A stretch of 63,450 bases of DNA, the filler included, from Rhabdomonas costata (lineage: Eukaryota): assembly GCA_019059605.1 (NCBI GenBank). It is 25 parts of 25 records of this genome, joined end to end, with 100 filler letters (N's around TTAATTAATTAA, not from the genome) between each part and the next. Parts side by side here need not be neighbours in the genome. Positions count along the whole stretch, not along the records: positions 25,454 to 27,895 come from JAHMHO010003395.1; positions 27,996 to 30,437 come from JAHMHO010003396.1; positions 30,538 to 32,978 come from JAHMHO010003397.1; positions 33,079 to 35,520 come from JAHMHO010003398.1; positions 35,621 to 38,061 come from JAHMHO010003399.1; positions 38,162 to 40,603 come from JAHMHO010003400.1; 19 more parts are not named here. One strand, written 5' to 3'. The notes beneath the pieces are model-generated. The model did not search any database, was not told the DNA's origin, and was given only the letters and a program-made list of their open reading frames with translations. The stretch's first letter is position 1. Each line of letters opens with the position of its first letter. The translations under genes and the position numbers were made by a program. This document shows positions 25,401 to 38,253 of this stretch, piece after piece.

Positions 25401-26728
25401 ATTAATTAANNNNNNNNNNNNNNNNNNNNNNNNNNNNNNNNNNNNNNNNNNNNCGGTAGGCTGCTGTGCGTACCACTGTAGACACTATGCATTTAACCAG
25501 TTTTGGTTCTCAGAAAGCTTTGTGCACGTTGAATAACTCCTGTTCAGACAGAACTATTTATATGCTAAAGCACACTGCATGCCCAATTGAGCAATTTACT
25601 AGCTTCAAACAGGGTTGTACCACCCCTTCTCAAGGCTGTGCAATATGATGCAACGGAATTGAGGTTGCAGATGTTTTCACAGGTTGACTAACCCCGTTGG
25701 AATCGCTACGCACTGGCACATGTGGTACTTAACAGTGTAGTTTACTACGTTCAAATACGCAGTAAACAGATGTTCTTGCAAACCTCAGCCTTTGCTAGGA
25801 CGTCATGTGACAGATTATGCTCTTGGAACGTATAAACGACTATTTTATATTTCACGTATTATTTTCAGATAAAACTAAAGTCATTATACGCAAGTAACGT
25901 GCTAAATCAATTAATTAACTCTAACTGACTGCTTTCCTGTCACATTGTAATTTGTTGATGGGTCAGAAATAAATAACATCCAGCTTTTACTACAACGTGG
26001 AATAAAAATACTCCACCAGCAACAACACTTCTGCCGTCTGCTATGAATGTAATCAATTCAACGCCACGTGATACTGGTCTGTGAAGTAGAAACACATTTT
26101 CTGCAGTTCACATGTAACTAGATGTGTACGGCGGTCACCAGTTCTGTTGTAATATACTCTCCTATATTTGTTGTGTAACAGTTGCACTCAGATGCGTGTC
26201 TCAGTGTAGAAATAATTCTTACTCGCAAACAGCATGATGAAATGTTCGGTCAATTAAGTAAATACATACTAGATGGCGACGGCGTCTTGAAACTTCCACT
26301 GCTATGTGCGCACATGGAATTCAAGTGCTGACTGCATTAAGTGCTAGGTCTTCACCGTGTATTTGGGTAACTTTGGGTCTTTTTAAATCAACTTTCCGAG
26401 GTTTCATTTTGCGACAAAGCCGCAATTTGTTGAAGGGGATTCTGCTGAGTCACAAAATTGATCCTGGAGAACTGACATGATCCTGAGGATACCATACGTG
26501 ATGCGCTGGACTGTATCCAGCAGAAAGTCCCAGCGAGGAATCGTAGAGACAATTTAATTGTGTTCTAGACTGCACTGATTGACGCGTTGAAAGAAACGTA
26601 GGCCTCCAGAGTAAAACTGAACTTCATGAAGGTGTCATTCTTTAACAACAAAGTCGTTTACATGCAGCTTCCTCACGTACGGCCTTGCCCCGAGCTGAAA
26701 GGCTCCACGGTTACGTGGATGACCGACA

Positions 26729-27846
26729 TCAGCTAGACCGGGTCGACCCTTCCGAAGGGCAGTCAACATCCGCGTCCCCGTCAGCAAGACCACTTGCCAC
26801 GGAGCTACGCCGCTGCGGTGCGCTGGCGCCCATTCCCACCTCCAGGGCGCTGTGGGGCCTCAGCTCTTCCTCGCGTGGGCACTTCCCGCAATTGATGGGA
26901 CGTTCGTGGGCACGGTCCAACTCCATAACGGGAGCTTCCTGGTGAACTTCTGTTTCCAAATCCACCTGCATATGTGGTTCTTCAGGTCTCTGTGGTTCTG
27001 GCTGGGCTGAAGAGACAGCAGCAGCGGCGGCGGCGGGATGGGGGCTGCTGCTGCTGCTGCTGCCAATGTCTGGGAGGGCTCCTGGGGCGCTCGCTGCTGG
27101 TGTTGGCCGGAATTGTGTGGAGCGCGGGACCACAAAGACCTGAATAAACCGGCTTCCGCCGGCGGCCTGCAACAATTGCGCTGGTTTTGTCGGCTCGGGA
27201 ACTGGTTTGCTGTCCGTTCTGAGAAGGAACGTCCAGACCTTGTGGAACCATATCCGAATGTCATTCACCCGGGTGTCGACGGCGTGCCACATTTGGAAGA
27301 GGAAGCGAAGCCAGACTTTCGGTACCATTTGCTTTGGATACACCCTCCAGATGGCATTCCGGAAGACCGCAGCCACGGATTCATTGAAGTCATCCACATG
27401 TCTGCAGGTCTCCTGCACCAGACGCCCCATAATGACTCCGCCAAGTTGTTCTATTTGGGATACTGTGGCGTGGTCTCGGTAGCTCACGATGTGGTGAGGG
27501 TATGACCCTCCCAATCATGCACTGTCGTGTGGAGGACCTTGGTGCTGTCCTCACAAAACTTCTCAGAGACGCTGACCACGAGATACAAAACCAAGATCCA
27601 CTTTGCTGTGGTCTTGTATTCCATGCCTTAGGCGTCTTCCGAGGTGATTGGCGCGCCTGGTGAGTAAATATAGTTGATGTAGCGGCAAAACGCAAGTGAC
27701 CTTCCCTTCACGAGACGGTGTGCGCATTCTCGACAGAGTAGCATGCAAGGTTGGATATCTGCATGGCAGCGGTCATTCCCAGAAGCATTCCATTGATTTG
27801 TAGCTGAACCCGATAGCAGACGTTAACGTAGTTGTGCTCGATTAGG
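26729..27846 (-). mobile_element. Decayed Penelope-like element (PLE) reverse transcriptase, palm + thumb, followed by a low-complexity tail
   Basis: Across stops and frameshifts: LIEHNYV....LQINGMLLGMTAAMQISNLACYSVE (PLE NYF..Q..G..MG...NL...E), FCRYINYIYS (degenerate RYIDD, 27690-27661), GMEYKTT, LHTTVHD, YPHHIVSY, GGVIMGRLV, DF..SV..VF..A..RVYP. Confidence 0.75.
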
Positions 27847-30800
27847 TAGGTCACTTGCGTTTTGCCGCTACATCAACTATATTTACTCACCAACCNNNNN
27901 NNNNNNNNNNNNNNNNNNNNNNNNNNNNNNNNNNNNNNNTTAATTAATTAANNNNNNNNNNNNNNNNNNNNNNNNNNNNNNNNNNNNNNNNNNNNCCGGC
28001 GGGAAAATGAGCTCAAAAAAGTGAGACATGAACGGAGCCTTTTCTCGATTGGGAGGCCTGCAAGAGCAGCACGGCGGGATGGGCTCCGAGGAAGGGAAGC
28101 GGGAAAGGGAAGGGGAAGGGGAATGCAATCGCCTTCTCTGGTGCGTTGCATGCCTGCTTGCTAAACTCCGGCTTTCATTTTGTCTCTTGAGGTTACCGTA
28201 ATGCTAGAGCCAGACTCACTGGAATCACCCGCTGAACGGGGCTGTTTTGGATGTTTTTTTGGTGTCCAAAATAGTACCTTTTCTGGAAGCGTGCCTCAAC
28301 AACGTGCATCTTGTGATTTGAAGTGGGCCTTGGTGTGGGGTAAGACTGGGTTTTTGCCAGAATCGTGCAAACCTCTCTTCGTCTCTTTGGCTTTCAAGTG
28401 ACCTTTTCAATTCAATATAGGGCGCTGGCAACGGGGAAAGACAAGCCAATGGAAAGCACACGTACGTGCTCCACCAGAAAGTTAAATGCATGCAGGGAGC
28501 GAAGGAGGCGGCCTGACACGATCACACTGATGCACGCTCAGCATCACGAAAGAAAGAAAGAAAGAGTGAGAGACAGAGGCAGAGAAAGAGACTGTATGTG
28601 TGGGTGGATGTGCGTGTGGGTGTGGAGATGCACCCTAACCCATACGCACACATCAAGGGGTAGGTGTGGAGGTATCCTTATTTACACTTCCCCCAGCAGT
28701 GGACTGGGATTGAGGAACTTGAGCAAAGTGAACGGAAGGACCACTTCGCTTGGACGGAGCCGGACAAGGGGCTGCATCCCTGTGCGACGGAAGGAAGGAG
28801 AGGGAGAAAGAACAAAGGCCAAAATTGGTTTTCCCCATGTCCCTTCCCATGACCTTTTCTGCTCGCTTGTTCTTTCGAGCGAATCACCTCAAAGCCACTT
28901 TTTGTGGTTCGTAGCCTGTCTTGGGGAAGTGTGTGTGTGTGTGCGGGCGACAGAAATAAACCTCAAAGGGATGATGCAAAAATCCCTTGCTACGGCTCGG
29001 CGCTACCCAGACTGCGCCTAAGGCGGTTGTCAGAAAGGCCCATGTAACGCCATTCAACTCCATCGAAGAGGCAAAACGGATACCGCTCGGAGGTTTCGGG
29101 TGGAGGCCGTGAGGTACATAGGGGTGCTGGAGTAGGCATGCAATGGTTCGGTTTGTAGTTTCTCTTGGGGCCATTCAAGGACAAATCTCGGCCATTCTCC
29201 GGCCATTTGTGGGGCTCCCTGGAATCCCAAAGTGAAGAAATTCCCATATCACTGGCCCTCCGGCTGCTTTCTGCGGTGCACGGGGAATCAAATGCGATGG
29301 AAGGGCGGGAAAGAGGAGCCCCGGAGCGGGAGGGCGGAGGGGGGGCTTTGCCTGCCCGCGAGCAGCTCCTTGTTTGCTTTGTCGCGGAGGTGGGCTTGGG
29401 CCACCGCAGGGGCGGTCAGGGCCAACACGGACTGCCGCCCTCTTGTGATCGCATGCTCGGAGGAGGCGAAGTCGTGACGGGGCTTCTGTCGAAGTTCACG
29501 CGAAAACGGCAGACAGCGTGTGGGTATGGGTGTAGCCCTGAGCCAGCGCTGTGTCCGTTTCGTCACACTCGCTCGGAAACAACGCACGGCAACCACCCTC
29601 TACCCACTTTTTCTTATTGCTCAAGCCCGCTGCATCGCCACCACCGCCGCCGGCGACACGAAACCCGTGTGCAGCCAAACCCTCACCGCGTCTTCGTTGC
29701 CCTAAGATTCTTCGCACTAACCCAAAAGAAAACCCATCCAAACCCACCCCTCTTCGCTACTTGTCGCGTGGAAATCTTTCTGCCTCACGGTGCTAATCGT
29801 CGAAGGTCAAAGGTTTGCATGACTTTGTATGACAGCGCTCTACCCTCAGCTCCGGCCACGCTGAAGGACACTGGCTTCCGCAACCTCAGCTAGTACGGCA
29901 CACTGGGGGCGCTGCCGGTGTGCCCACTGTAATGAATTCCTCGTTATGCGAGCAGTGTCCACAGGTTCCCCAACAAGTGGCCAAATGGGCCGCCAGGGCA
30001 GCTGCTGGCACAAGCATTCCAGCCCACTCCGGTGCCTGCTTGAAGTACTCCTGGGCTCTAGTCTTGGGTATGCAACGACGGCCCGCCCGAAGGCCTGGGC
30101 TCTGTATGCAGGCCTGCAAAGGCCCCCCGGAGGGTACCCCAGAAAATTGGAAAATCAGCTAACAAAAAGGCCTGGGCCCCAAACGGCCAGTCTAGCTCTA
30201 GTTATTGATACCCGTGCCAGGTCGGGCTCCGGCTCCGGTCCAGCAGGCCACCGAGGGAAGTCACCCAGCCGAGCGGAAGGAAGGGATACTACCCCTTCCC
30301 TTCCCCCAACTTGCGGGGCGGCCCCTGCCATAGGAATGGAGATGCGGCCATATATATGTACCCTCCAGCACCACCACCACCTTCCAAATCACACGCACGG
30401 GAATTTTCGAGCACACATACGCACCCACTCGCGGTTGNNNNNNNNNNNNNNNNNNNNNNNNNNNNNNNNNNNNNNNNNNNNTTAATTAATTAANNNNNNN
30501 NNNNNNNNNNNNNNNNNNNNNNNNNNNNNNNNNNNNNTGTTGGGGGTCCCCCCTCCTCACACACGCGCTGCTGAAAAGGCAATGGGAATAGCCAAAGGCC
30601 AGATCGACCCGTGGCGACGGTTACCTAAAAGCGTGTGTATTGCCCGTGCTACATTAAAAGTGCTTCCAAAAGGATATATAGTGGACATATGCAGAAGGTT
30701 TAGGGACGGGTCCTTTTTCGGGAGTATGTTTTTGTACTGCAGGATTTCCCGGGGAGTGCCCGTTCATTAACCTGACCCGCCGTGCGGGGTATCTCTCCTC

Positions 30801-33800
30801 TCTACCCCTCCTCTGGTTTTTCGCTTCTGTGTCCCGCGCGTGTTGGTGTGCGCTGTTTCTTCTGAGCAACATGCCTCCCATGTGCCCCCCATGTGTGTGC
30901 CAATCTCTTTTCTCCCGTACTCTTCTCCTCTTCCCTTCTGCTTCTGTGTTGTATGCGCCAGACTTTGGATACTGGACATTGTGATAAACTTGAAGGACTT
31001 CCTTTAGCTATAAAGCCCTTGACCTCCGATGCAGGATGACATCTCTCTCATTTGAGCGAACGGAGACGGCTATTCCTCACTGTCCAAATGGTTGCGAAGG
31101 TTCTGGAAGGGGTAGTGGGATGAATCTCCCTCTTAGATGGGCAAAGTCGGAGAGCCATTTTGCTTCTGCGCAGGCATGTCGTGGTTGCGGCTGTACTTTT
31201 CGATAATAGGACTACTACTCATCGTTTTGTTTTTCGGTACTATGTTAAACTAAAGGAAGTGGAGGATTTAACCCACACAAAAGGCTGCATCGTCCCAAGC
31301 GGCACCAGCCAGGCTGCGCGAGGCCGCCTGCTCCCACCCCAAAGGTACACGTTGTGCGCTTGAGTCCAGAGGCGCACCAGAGGCGCAGAGGGAGGATGTG
31401 AGAATGCCTGCTTCCCTTTGGAAGAAGAAGAAGAAGAAGAAGGGGTTGGGAGAGGAAGAAGCTCGGGGCGGGGTCTTGTTCAGTATCATGCTAAGTGGTT
31501 AAAGCGTTTGAGGAAGCGTTTCATCGCTGCTGAATGGGTGCTTCGAGCTCTGTGTGCTTGCCAAAAGCTGGTAAGGTGGACTGATGCGCAGTTGCCGCGG
31601 TTGTTTTCTTCTCCTCATGTTCTTTATCTGTGGTGGCCCACTTAATGTTTGGTGTATGTGGTGTACTAAAATGTCGTGTGCACGTGTCTGCGGATGCGGA
31701 GTCATTTGTTCTCGAATGCACCTACGCGAACAAATGCCTTTGTGCTCCTCGTCAATAGTCGGTTCTAGTTCTTTCAGGCCTGTAGTTGAGTTAGTAAATT
31801 AAAGCGGTAAAGCGGTGAAAGCAGATTCTTGCCCAGCATTTCTCATCTCCCCACCCCCAACCCCACTATTTTTCAGTGTGGTTTTCCATTTTTGATACAA
31901 TGTGATTATTCGGTGTGTTCCGTTGTGTTGAATTGGGGTTTTGTGGGACTTGGGGTAAACGCGTTGACCCCTTCAACCCAACTCCCCCCTCAAAAAAAAA
32001 GGGGGAGAGGCCCCCGTGGGTCTTCTCCACCGCCCTCACGCCGTCGTTCCGCCGCGGCAGCGCGCAGAGCACCTGCAGCACCTGTGGAGGAGTCCCAAGC
32101 AGTACCCCTCGCTTCGCCCGGGCTACCATCCCCCCGTGCTCGCCCGCCGCGGAGGAGCTCACTCCCGCCGAGTCCCACGAGATCCTCAGCAGTGCCATGC
32201 GAACGCACTCCCGGGCGCACCGCCGTCGTGGTGGCCCCCAAAACCGCTCCTTGCCCACCACTCCGGCCATCGCATGCATCGCCGAGGCGGTGGCCACCCC
32301 CCGCAGGAAAACAGTATGGGCTTATTTTCTGCATCTATTTCTTTTTTTACGGGCGGGGGGAATCAGACCCACCGTTCCAAGGAACAATGAGAATACCCGG
32401 ACAACCGACCTGCCGTGCGGGGACAAATGTGGGACAATGATAGTCGTTCTGTTGGAGGTGTGGTACCGAAGGAGAAGGAGAGGCAGTTTTTTGTCATGGG
32501 GGGATTCTTCCGTCTCTCTGTCTCGTCAGATTTTGCCTCCGATGGGCTGCACAGTGCTTCCCAACGTAAAGTTCCGGAGCCGCTCGGCCCATCCACTGCT
32601 GCTCTAAGTTCGAAAAGAGGCAAGAGGGGCTCTGCCGTGGCGCTCCATTTTCTTTGGTGACGCCCCCCCCTCCCTGGGACAGTTGCGTCCCTCCGTTCCA
32701 GGGCTGTCCTCTTTTCTTTTTCTCATGATTGTGTCCTCTGCCTTTTGCATTTTCCTTTTGTATGTGTGTATGTATGACTGCGCTTCAGCTTTGTCGTTCG
32801 TATGGGCCGCTGGTGCTGGTGGACGCAGCACCTTTTTGATCCTCTTTGCTATGTTCCTCTGACGGTTTGGTGCGGCGGAGGCCCCCTGCCTGCACCTTTT
32901 CTGTGGTTCTCCACGAGGATTCTCCTCGCTGTCTGCTGGGGCTGACATTGGAGAATCCTCGTGGAGAACCACAAAACANNNNNNNNNNNNNNNNNNNNNN
33001 NNNNNNNNNNNNNNNNNNNNNNTTAATTAATTAANNNNNNNNNNNNNNNNNNNNNNNNNNNNNNNNNNNNNNNNNNNNGGTTTGGGTTTACTTCACCGCC
33101 CTGACCTCAGACAGAAGGCAGGACACAGCGGAAGTCAAACGCGCCACATGCAAGGCCCTTCATTTCCTGGGGCAAAAAAAGGTACATGGGAAATAGGGAA
33201 ATTAAAACGTGCGAAAAGGCGACCACTCCAGGATAATCCTTCAATTTGTGCATTGATGTGCAGCACAGAGAAACTAGCGAACAGCCGTCACTGTAAGTGG
33301 AAAGGAGAACAGAAACGGACAGCACTGCTTAGAAATACGTTTTTGTGTTGGTGTGGAAACCAAGAAAAGCTTGCATTCGAGTGTTGAAAAGCACCGCTGT
33401 GGATCGCATCATTCATCACGCATCATGCGGTGCAACAAAGACCATCTCACACAGTGCATTTCAACACCAGCGCCCATGAACACACTTACATCGGCGCCAC
33501 TGCCCCCTTGGAAAAAAACACACACACACACACGTTGTGCGCTTGGCCAGGGCGTGCCCATTCCGGGTGGTCGCTTCCTTTCTCATCCTTCTCAAGTATT
33601 GTTCACCACTTGGTGTCGCTTGGTGTCGCTTGGTTTCCACGGCATCTAACCCACCTCTGCTTCACCTGCTGCCACCCATCTAACCCACTTCTGCTGCACT
33701 CCTCTCTTTTTCGCTGTGTCTTCGATGCTCCCAAAGCTGTCTTCGCCGCCGCTGTTCTATTTTCTCTCTCTCTTGCTCCCATGTCCACTGCGCTCATTCT

Positions 33801-33828
33801 TTCCCGTCGTCACAAACACACACGATAC

Positions 33829-34158
33829 CATGGGCCGATGGTGAGGTATGGGGTCTGGCGGCCAGCCGCCCGAACAGCCTGGTAGTCCGCCAGAACCTCC
33901 CTCAGGAAGAAGTCGTACCAACCCCCCACGAAGTGACATGGTGGCGCGAAGGGAAGCTTGGGGCGGAAGTCGGTCTGGGACCAGAACGCCGAGTCTAAGC
34001 AAGGCAATAGGCATTCCAAGGGCGCCCCCAAAGTCTGCGGAACCACTCTTCCGCTGAATCTCCTCTTCCTCGGGGTTGCCTCACTGACTCTTTGCCCTGG
34101 TGCGTCTGCGAGTACTGTCGATTCCCGTTGGTGGTAGCATAACGTCTCTCGTGCAAGC

Positions 34159-34189
<31 letters not shown>

Positions 34190-35494
34190 TGTGCAGCTGG
34201 CTGCAGTTTTCTTCCTCTTGGCGGCGAGCGTATGCCTTTGCCGAGCAGGCGACGCCAAACGTTTGGCGTCGCCTGCTCGCATTGGCTGCGCTGAGTGTAC
34301 TTCCTTGAGCGCTCCGCTGTGCTGTGAGTCGACGCAAGCGACTTTGTCTGCACCGCGCTTAATGCGCATGAACAGTGAGATGCTTCTGCCTGTGCAAGTG
34401 TGCCCTCTCCTCTTTGCTCACTTGTCTTTAGCTCTTCGTAACGGTTGTTTGCACAACAGAAACCGTACTAAAAGGGGTTTGTTTTGCCCTCCTAAATAGG
34501 TTGTCGCGACCTTTTGAAGCTGTGCTTTCTTTGTTTCTTTGGGGTGAACTTTTTTGAACCCACTCACAACCTGAAAGTGTGGTTGTGGGTGTGTGCTTAT
34601 TTGCTATTTTCGTTTGTTTGCTTATTTGTTTGTTTGCATGCTTGCTTGAAGAACCTCAAAGATTCTACCCTCCCGCCATTGCTGGAGCGCGTTGCTGTGA
34701 GCCCGCAATGCTGGAGCACGCAGTGAGACTTTTCCCGTGCCCTGTGCGTTGCTTGCCAACTTCATGGTTCACTTGTCCTGTTTACTGTGCAGCCAACCCG
34801 ACGCAACATCTTTACTTCCGTCACTGCTGAACAATTGCCCACCCTTCTTGTCTTGTTCGCTACCCTCCGAAGGCTCTTTCCGCACGCGCGCACACTTTGG
34901 ATGCCTTCACTCTTGATGCCCTTCGGGGATCGATTGCGATCGATGGCTCCATTAACTCTGTCTTCGGCATTGAGGGCCACCTTCTAGCTGCTGGCGCAGC
35001 GCGTGATCGACCACCTTTCGGAAGGAGGATAGCTTGTTTGCTTGATTGCTTGTTGGTTTGGTTTGTGAGAGAATGTGTGTGCTGGGCACGAAGCGCGCTT
35101 GCTGTTGCTTGACCTGCCGACGGGCGCACGCGCTGTTGGCCCCAATAGCTCACCGGAGGTACTCTTTGGAGCGAGCCGTGCAGTGGGGTACCCGGTGGCG
35201 GGGGGGGGTACCCGGTGGCTCGTGAATGTGCGGCAGAAGGAACTGCGCCAGGGCGGCAGCGGGCGTCGTGCTTGACTTCGAGTGGGCGATCTCCTCGTGG
35301 ATCTTCCCGATGGGCAGCCGAGCCAGGTGCCCAATGGGGTGGGTCACCAGCTGAAACAGCCTGAGCACGTTGGGGACCTTGTCCTGGGTGTGGTGGGTGA
35401 AGTAACTCCAGCGGCAGTACAGCTCCAAGGCAAAATTGTTGTCTGGCAGCAGCACGGTGTATAGCTGGGCAGAACACTGCATCGGCACCATCGC
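33829..35494 (-). CDS. CocE/NonD family (peptidase S15) alpha/beta hydrolase, internal exons
   Basis: Exons ~35494-35212 and 33994-33829 join as HEPP|DSAFW. Motifs VGGWYDFFL and PYLTIGPW. Confidence 0.85.
34242..34279. repeat. Perfect 38-bp palindrome in an intron
   Basis: CGAGCAGGCGACGCCAAAC|GTTTGGCGTCGCCTGCTCG, with no spacer. Confidence 0.95.
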
Positions 35495-35623
35495 GAAGAT
35501 CCACGAGGAGATCGCCCACCNNNNNNNNNNNNNNNNNNNNNNNNNNNNNNNNNNNNNNNNNNNNTTAATTAATTAANNNNNNNNNNNNNNNNNNNNNNNN
35601 NNNNNNNNNNNNNNNNNNNNGTT

Positions 35624-35843
35624 TTTGGGAAACCATCCTCATTCTCCAAAATGCAACATATGCTCTCCATTTCAAATCGTAGTCGTTACTCTCTTCGTAT
35701 CGCTCCCGGGAGGGCCCACGAGGCACTGCTGAGGCCGCCCCCCGAGAACCAGGGCGAGGCAGGCTGCGACGAAGAGAGTAACGACTACAATTTGAAATGG
35801 AGAGCATATGTTGCATTTTGGAGAATGAGGATGGTTTCCCAAA
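35624..35843. repeat. 75-bp inverted repeat with 70-bp spacer (MITE candidate or fold-back artefact)
   Basis: Arms 35624-35698 and 35769-35843 have one mismatch. The left arm abuts the contig start. Confidence 0.9.
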
Positions 35844-36420
35844 CCGAGGCCTCCTCAATATTTATTTGCCCGATTTTTTTTCCCGTTTTTCCACGTCCTT
35901 TCGTTTTTCACCATTTTTCGGACTGGGCACTTTTCACGTTTTTTTAAAAGGTTTTTTCACTGACGTCAAAAACTAAGCGGCCGTGTATGAACTTCCTGAG
36001 AAGGGAGCTGTATGTCGGAGGACCATACAGTTAGCCAGTTGGTAATAGGGTTGAGATCTCGTAAGTGTAACTCGAATGTGGTCACCTGGGATCATATACA
36101 GACACATTGCGCCTCCATTCAACTCCACGATTTCACGCTTTCAGACGTTTTTACTTGCCACTTCTCGTGACAGCTGACGGAGGGACTGTAAGGGTAGAGG
36201 AGAGAAACACGGAACAGTATTTTGAGCGCAGCCCTAATACTAGATAAAAATAACAAGAAGCAGGCAGACGATGTGTGGCTCACTAAATCACTCGATCAGA
36301 ACAACGTTGCTACATGTCTAGCCCCCCCTAGCCCGACTGGAGCAAGGCAAGGGATTACAGTCCTACCACACCAGGAAGAAGGGCTTTTCTCTCACCAATG
36401 GTGAAGGGAGCAGAGGAGAC

Positions 36421-37893
36421 CTGTGCTGAGCAGAAGAGGACAGCGCCCCAGAGCTCAGCGAAGTTAGTCTTCCCCCGGGCATCACAACGAGCTCTCCACC
36501 CTTTCCAGCGGTGCCGCTGCCGCCAATGCCACCTGCGCCCTCGGCAGCAGCAGCGGCTGTGCCGGGGCGGGGGCCTGTAGAGGGTAGCAGGGTCCGCTGG
36601 CGGCGAATCAGCCCAAGCTCATCGTCCAGCACCCCGACAATACGGCGGCGGGTCACAGGATCCAGCAGGAGGTCGTCGCTGTCCTCCAGAAGTTGTACAG
36701 TGCTCTGATTTGCCACCAACAAGATCAACCAGCTCAACCAAAATTCCGATGCTCTGGAGGTAATCACTGGAAACGATTATCAGCAGTAACAATTTTTCTA
36801 TGGAAGCACATCGTAGTTCGTTAATTGGCTCACAGATTACGTTCCCGCAAAAGCCGCCCGCTCCGGCCGCTCCGAGAACGGGCAGTCGCCTCCAAATATA
36901 ATGCTGTCCTACTCTTCTGGCGATATCCCAGCCATCGGCCAGTCTTTCGCTGTAGTAGTTCAGCGTTTGTTATGGCCGTCATCTCAATGGAAAGGACCCA
37001 AGACCGGTGGGGAATGAAACCTGAGCGACTTCCTCAAGCTTCTCCTCGGAAAGCTCCGACGCAGAGGGCCCCCGAGGCTTGGGCGAGCGCAGCCGTGCCG
37101 CCTCCACGGGGGGCAGCAAGGGGTCATCCGGGACTTCCAGATGGAAGGGCTCCGTCTTGAACTATGCGAGGAACACGCCGAGGGGTGCAGAATTTTCCTC
37201 AACCATTGTTGCTCCACTAGGAAGCGATTCATCGTCACAAGCCCTGTTTAACAGGATGCACTGATAAGATTACTGAGAGGATGTAATTTTCACCTTCACC
37301 CCTGCGTCGAACTCTAATTCCGGCGGCCATTGGTCATTTGGTTTGACGCTGCTTTTCTTTAGAACCCAAACAAGTAACAACTAAAAGTGGGATGGGCATC
37401 GTAAGAACCACCCCTGTCCATACAATCTAACCTGCTGCCACAAACGTGGCGATGACCACGCCACCAAGGATGAGAAACTCCTCAAAGACAGGGTCATTTA
37501 TAGCAGGGTACATTGGGGTCCCACCGTTGGTATCAGCATTGTTCACAATAGAGCCCGGCTCTACACACACAGTGAGGTGACGAGGTGAAGAGGCTCAAAT
37601 CAATACGTGAGCCATAAAACACAATACGATGTCAGACGCAAACCAAAGTAATCCTTCCATCAAAAGCCTTGCCCTCTATACACACCGCTCAAGAGAAGAG
37701 AGGCTGCGGGATGGGGTTAAACTTCCTTCTAGGGCATGCCTGGGGGATCATAGACAGCGGGGGCTTGGGCTCCTTGAACCGCACCTCCACCACGCGGATG
37801 GAGCTGCTGAAGGTCAGCCACAGCATGTCGTTCAGACCCAGGCCCTCCTTCAGATACACCACCATTCGGGAGATGGTGTAGTGGTGCTCCACG
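36421..37893 (-). CDS. Hypothetical spliced protein, internal exons
   Basis: Phase-compatible exons 37893-37740 (ISRMVVYLKE...LWLTFSSSIRVV; GC donor), 37161-37021 and 36704-36421, with GC3-rich codon usage. Confidence 0.65.
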
Positions 37894-38161
37894 CTGTGCA
37901 GTGACACCAACGCAACTGCCGCAATTCCCGATCCATCGACGGACTTCGGAGAGTGGCAATGGAATTGAACAGGGTGTAAGTGGTAGCCAGATCGTCTCCA
38001 GCCTCCGTTAGGTAAGCTCACCCCTTCATCAACCAGCACCTCCGGTCATCCACAACCCAACNNNNNNNNNNNNNNNNNNNNNNNNNNNNNNNNNNNNNNN
38101 NNNNNTTAATTAATTAANNNNNNNNNNNNNNNNNNNNNNNNNNNNNNNNNNNNNNNNNNNN

Positions 38162-38253
38162 GGTTTGGTGGGAGAATGTGATTTCCGGCAAGTGGTAATC
38201 CTAGGTGGAGAAGAATCGGTTTCTGACATTAGGAGGACCGTGACACCCTCCCC
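38162..38253 (-). mobile_element. Candidate PPT + LTR start
   Basis: The minus strand reads GGGGAGGG-TGTCACG (38253-38239), identical over 15 nt to the boundary at 20053-20067. Confidence 0.45.

Noticed and set aside
26470..26540. CTGAGGA...GAAA as a hammerhead ribozyme near the PLE
   Set aside because: It is on the strand opposite the RT, and stems II/III with the conserved G-C closing pair cannot be formed.
27658..27892. Perfect 45-bp inverted repeat as a TIR or PLE terminal structure
   Set aside because: The second arm is at the contig end and copies the RT interior, the same fold-back pattern.
32902..32973. 24-bp stem hairpin as terminator or ncRNA
   Set aside because: It is perfect and contig-terminal, consistent with the other fold-backs.
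27996..32978. Long overlapping ORFs (29165-29893, 29946-30485, 31829-32607) and possible minus-strand exons at ~28680-29480
   Set aside because: They are GC-rich and low-complexity, with no recognisable motif or convincing phase-consistent exon chain.
35282..35519. 25-bp inverted repeat (35282-35306 / 35495-35519)
   Set aside because: It duplicates coding exon sequence at the very end of the contig, with microhomology at the switch point. This is a fold-back library chimera.
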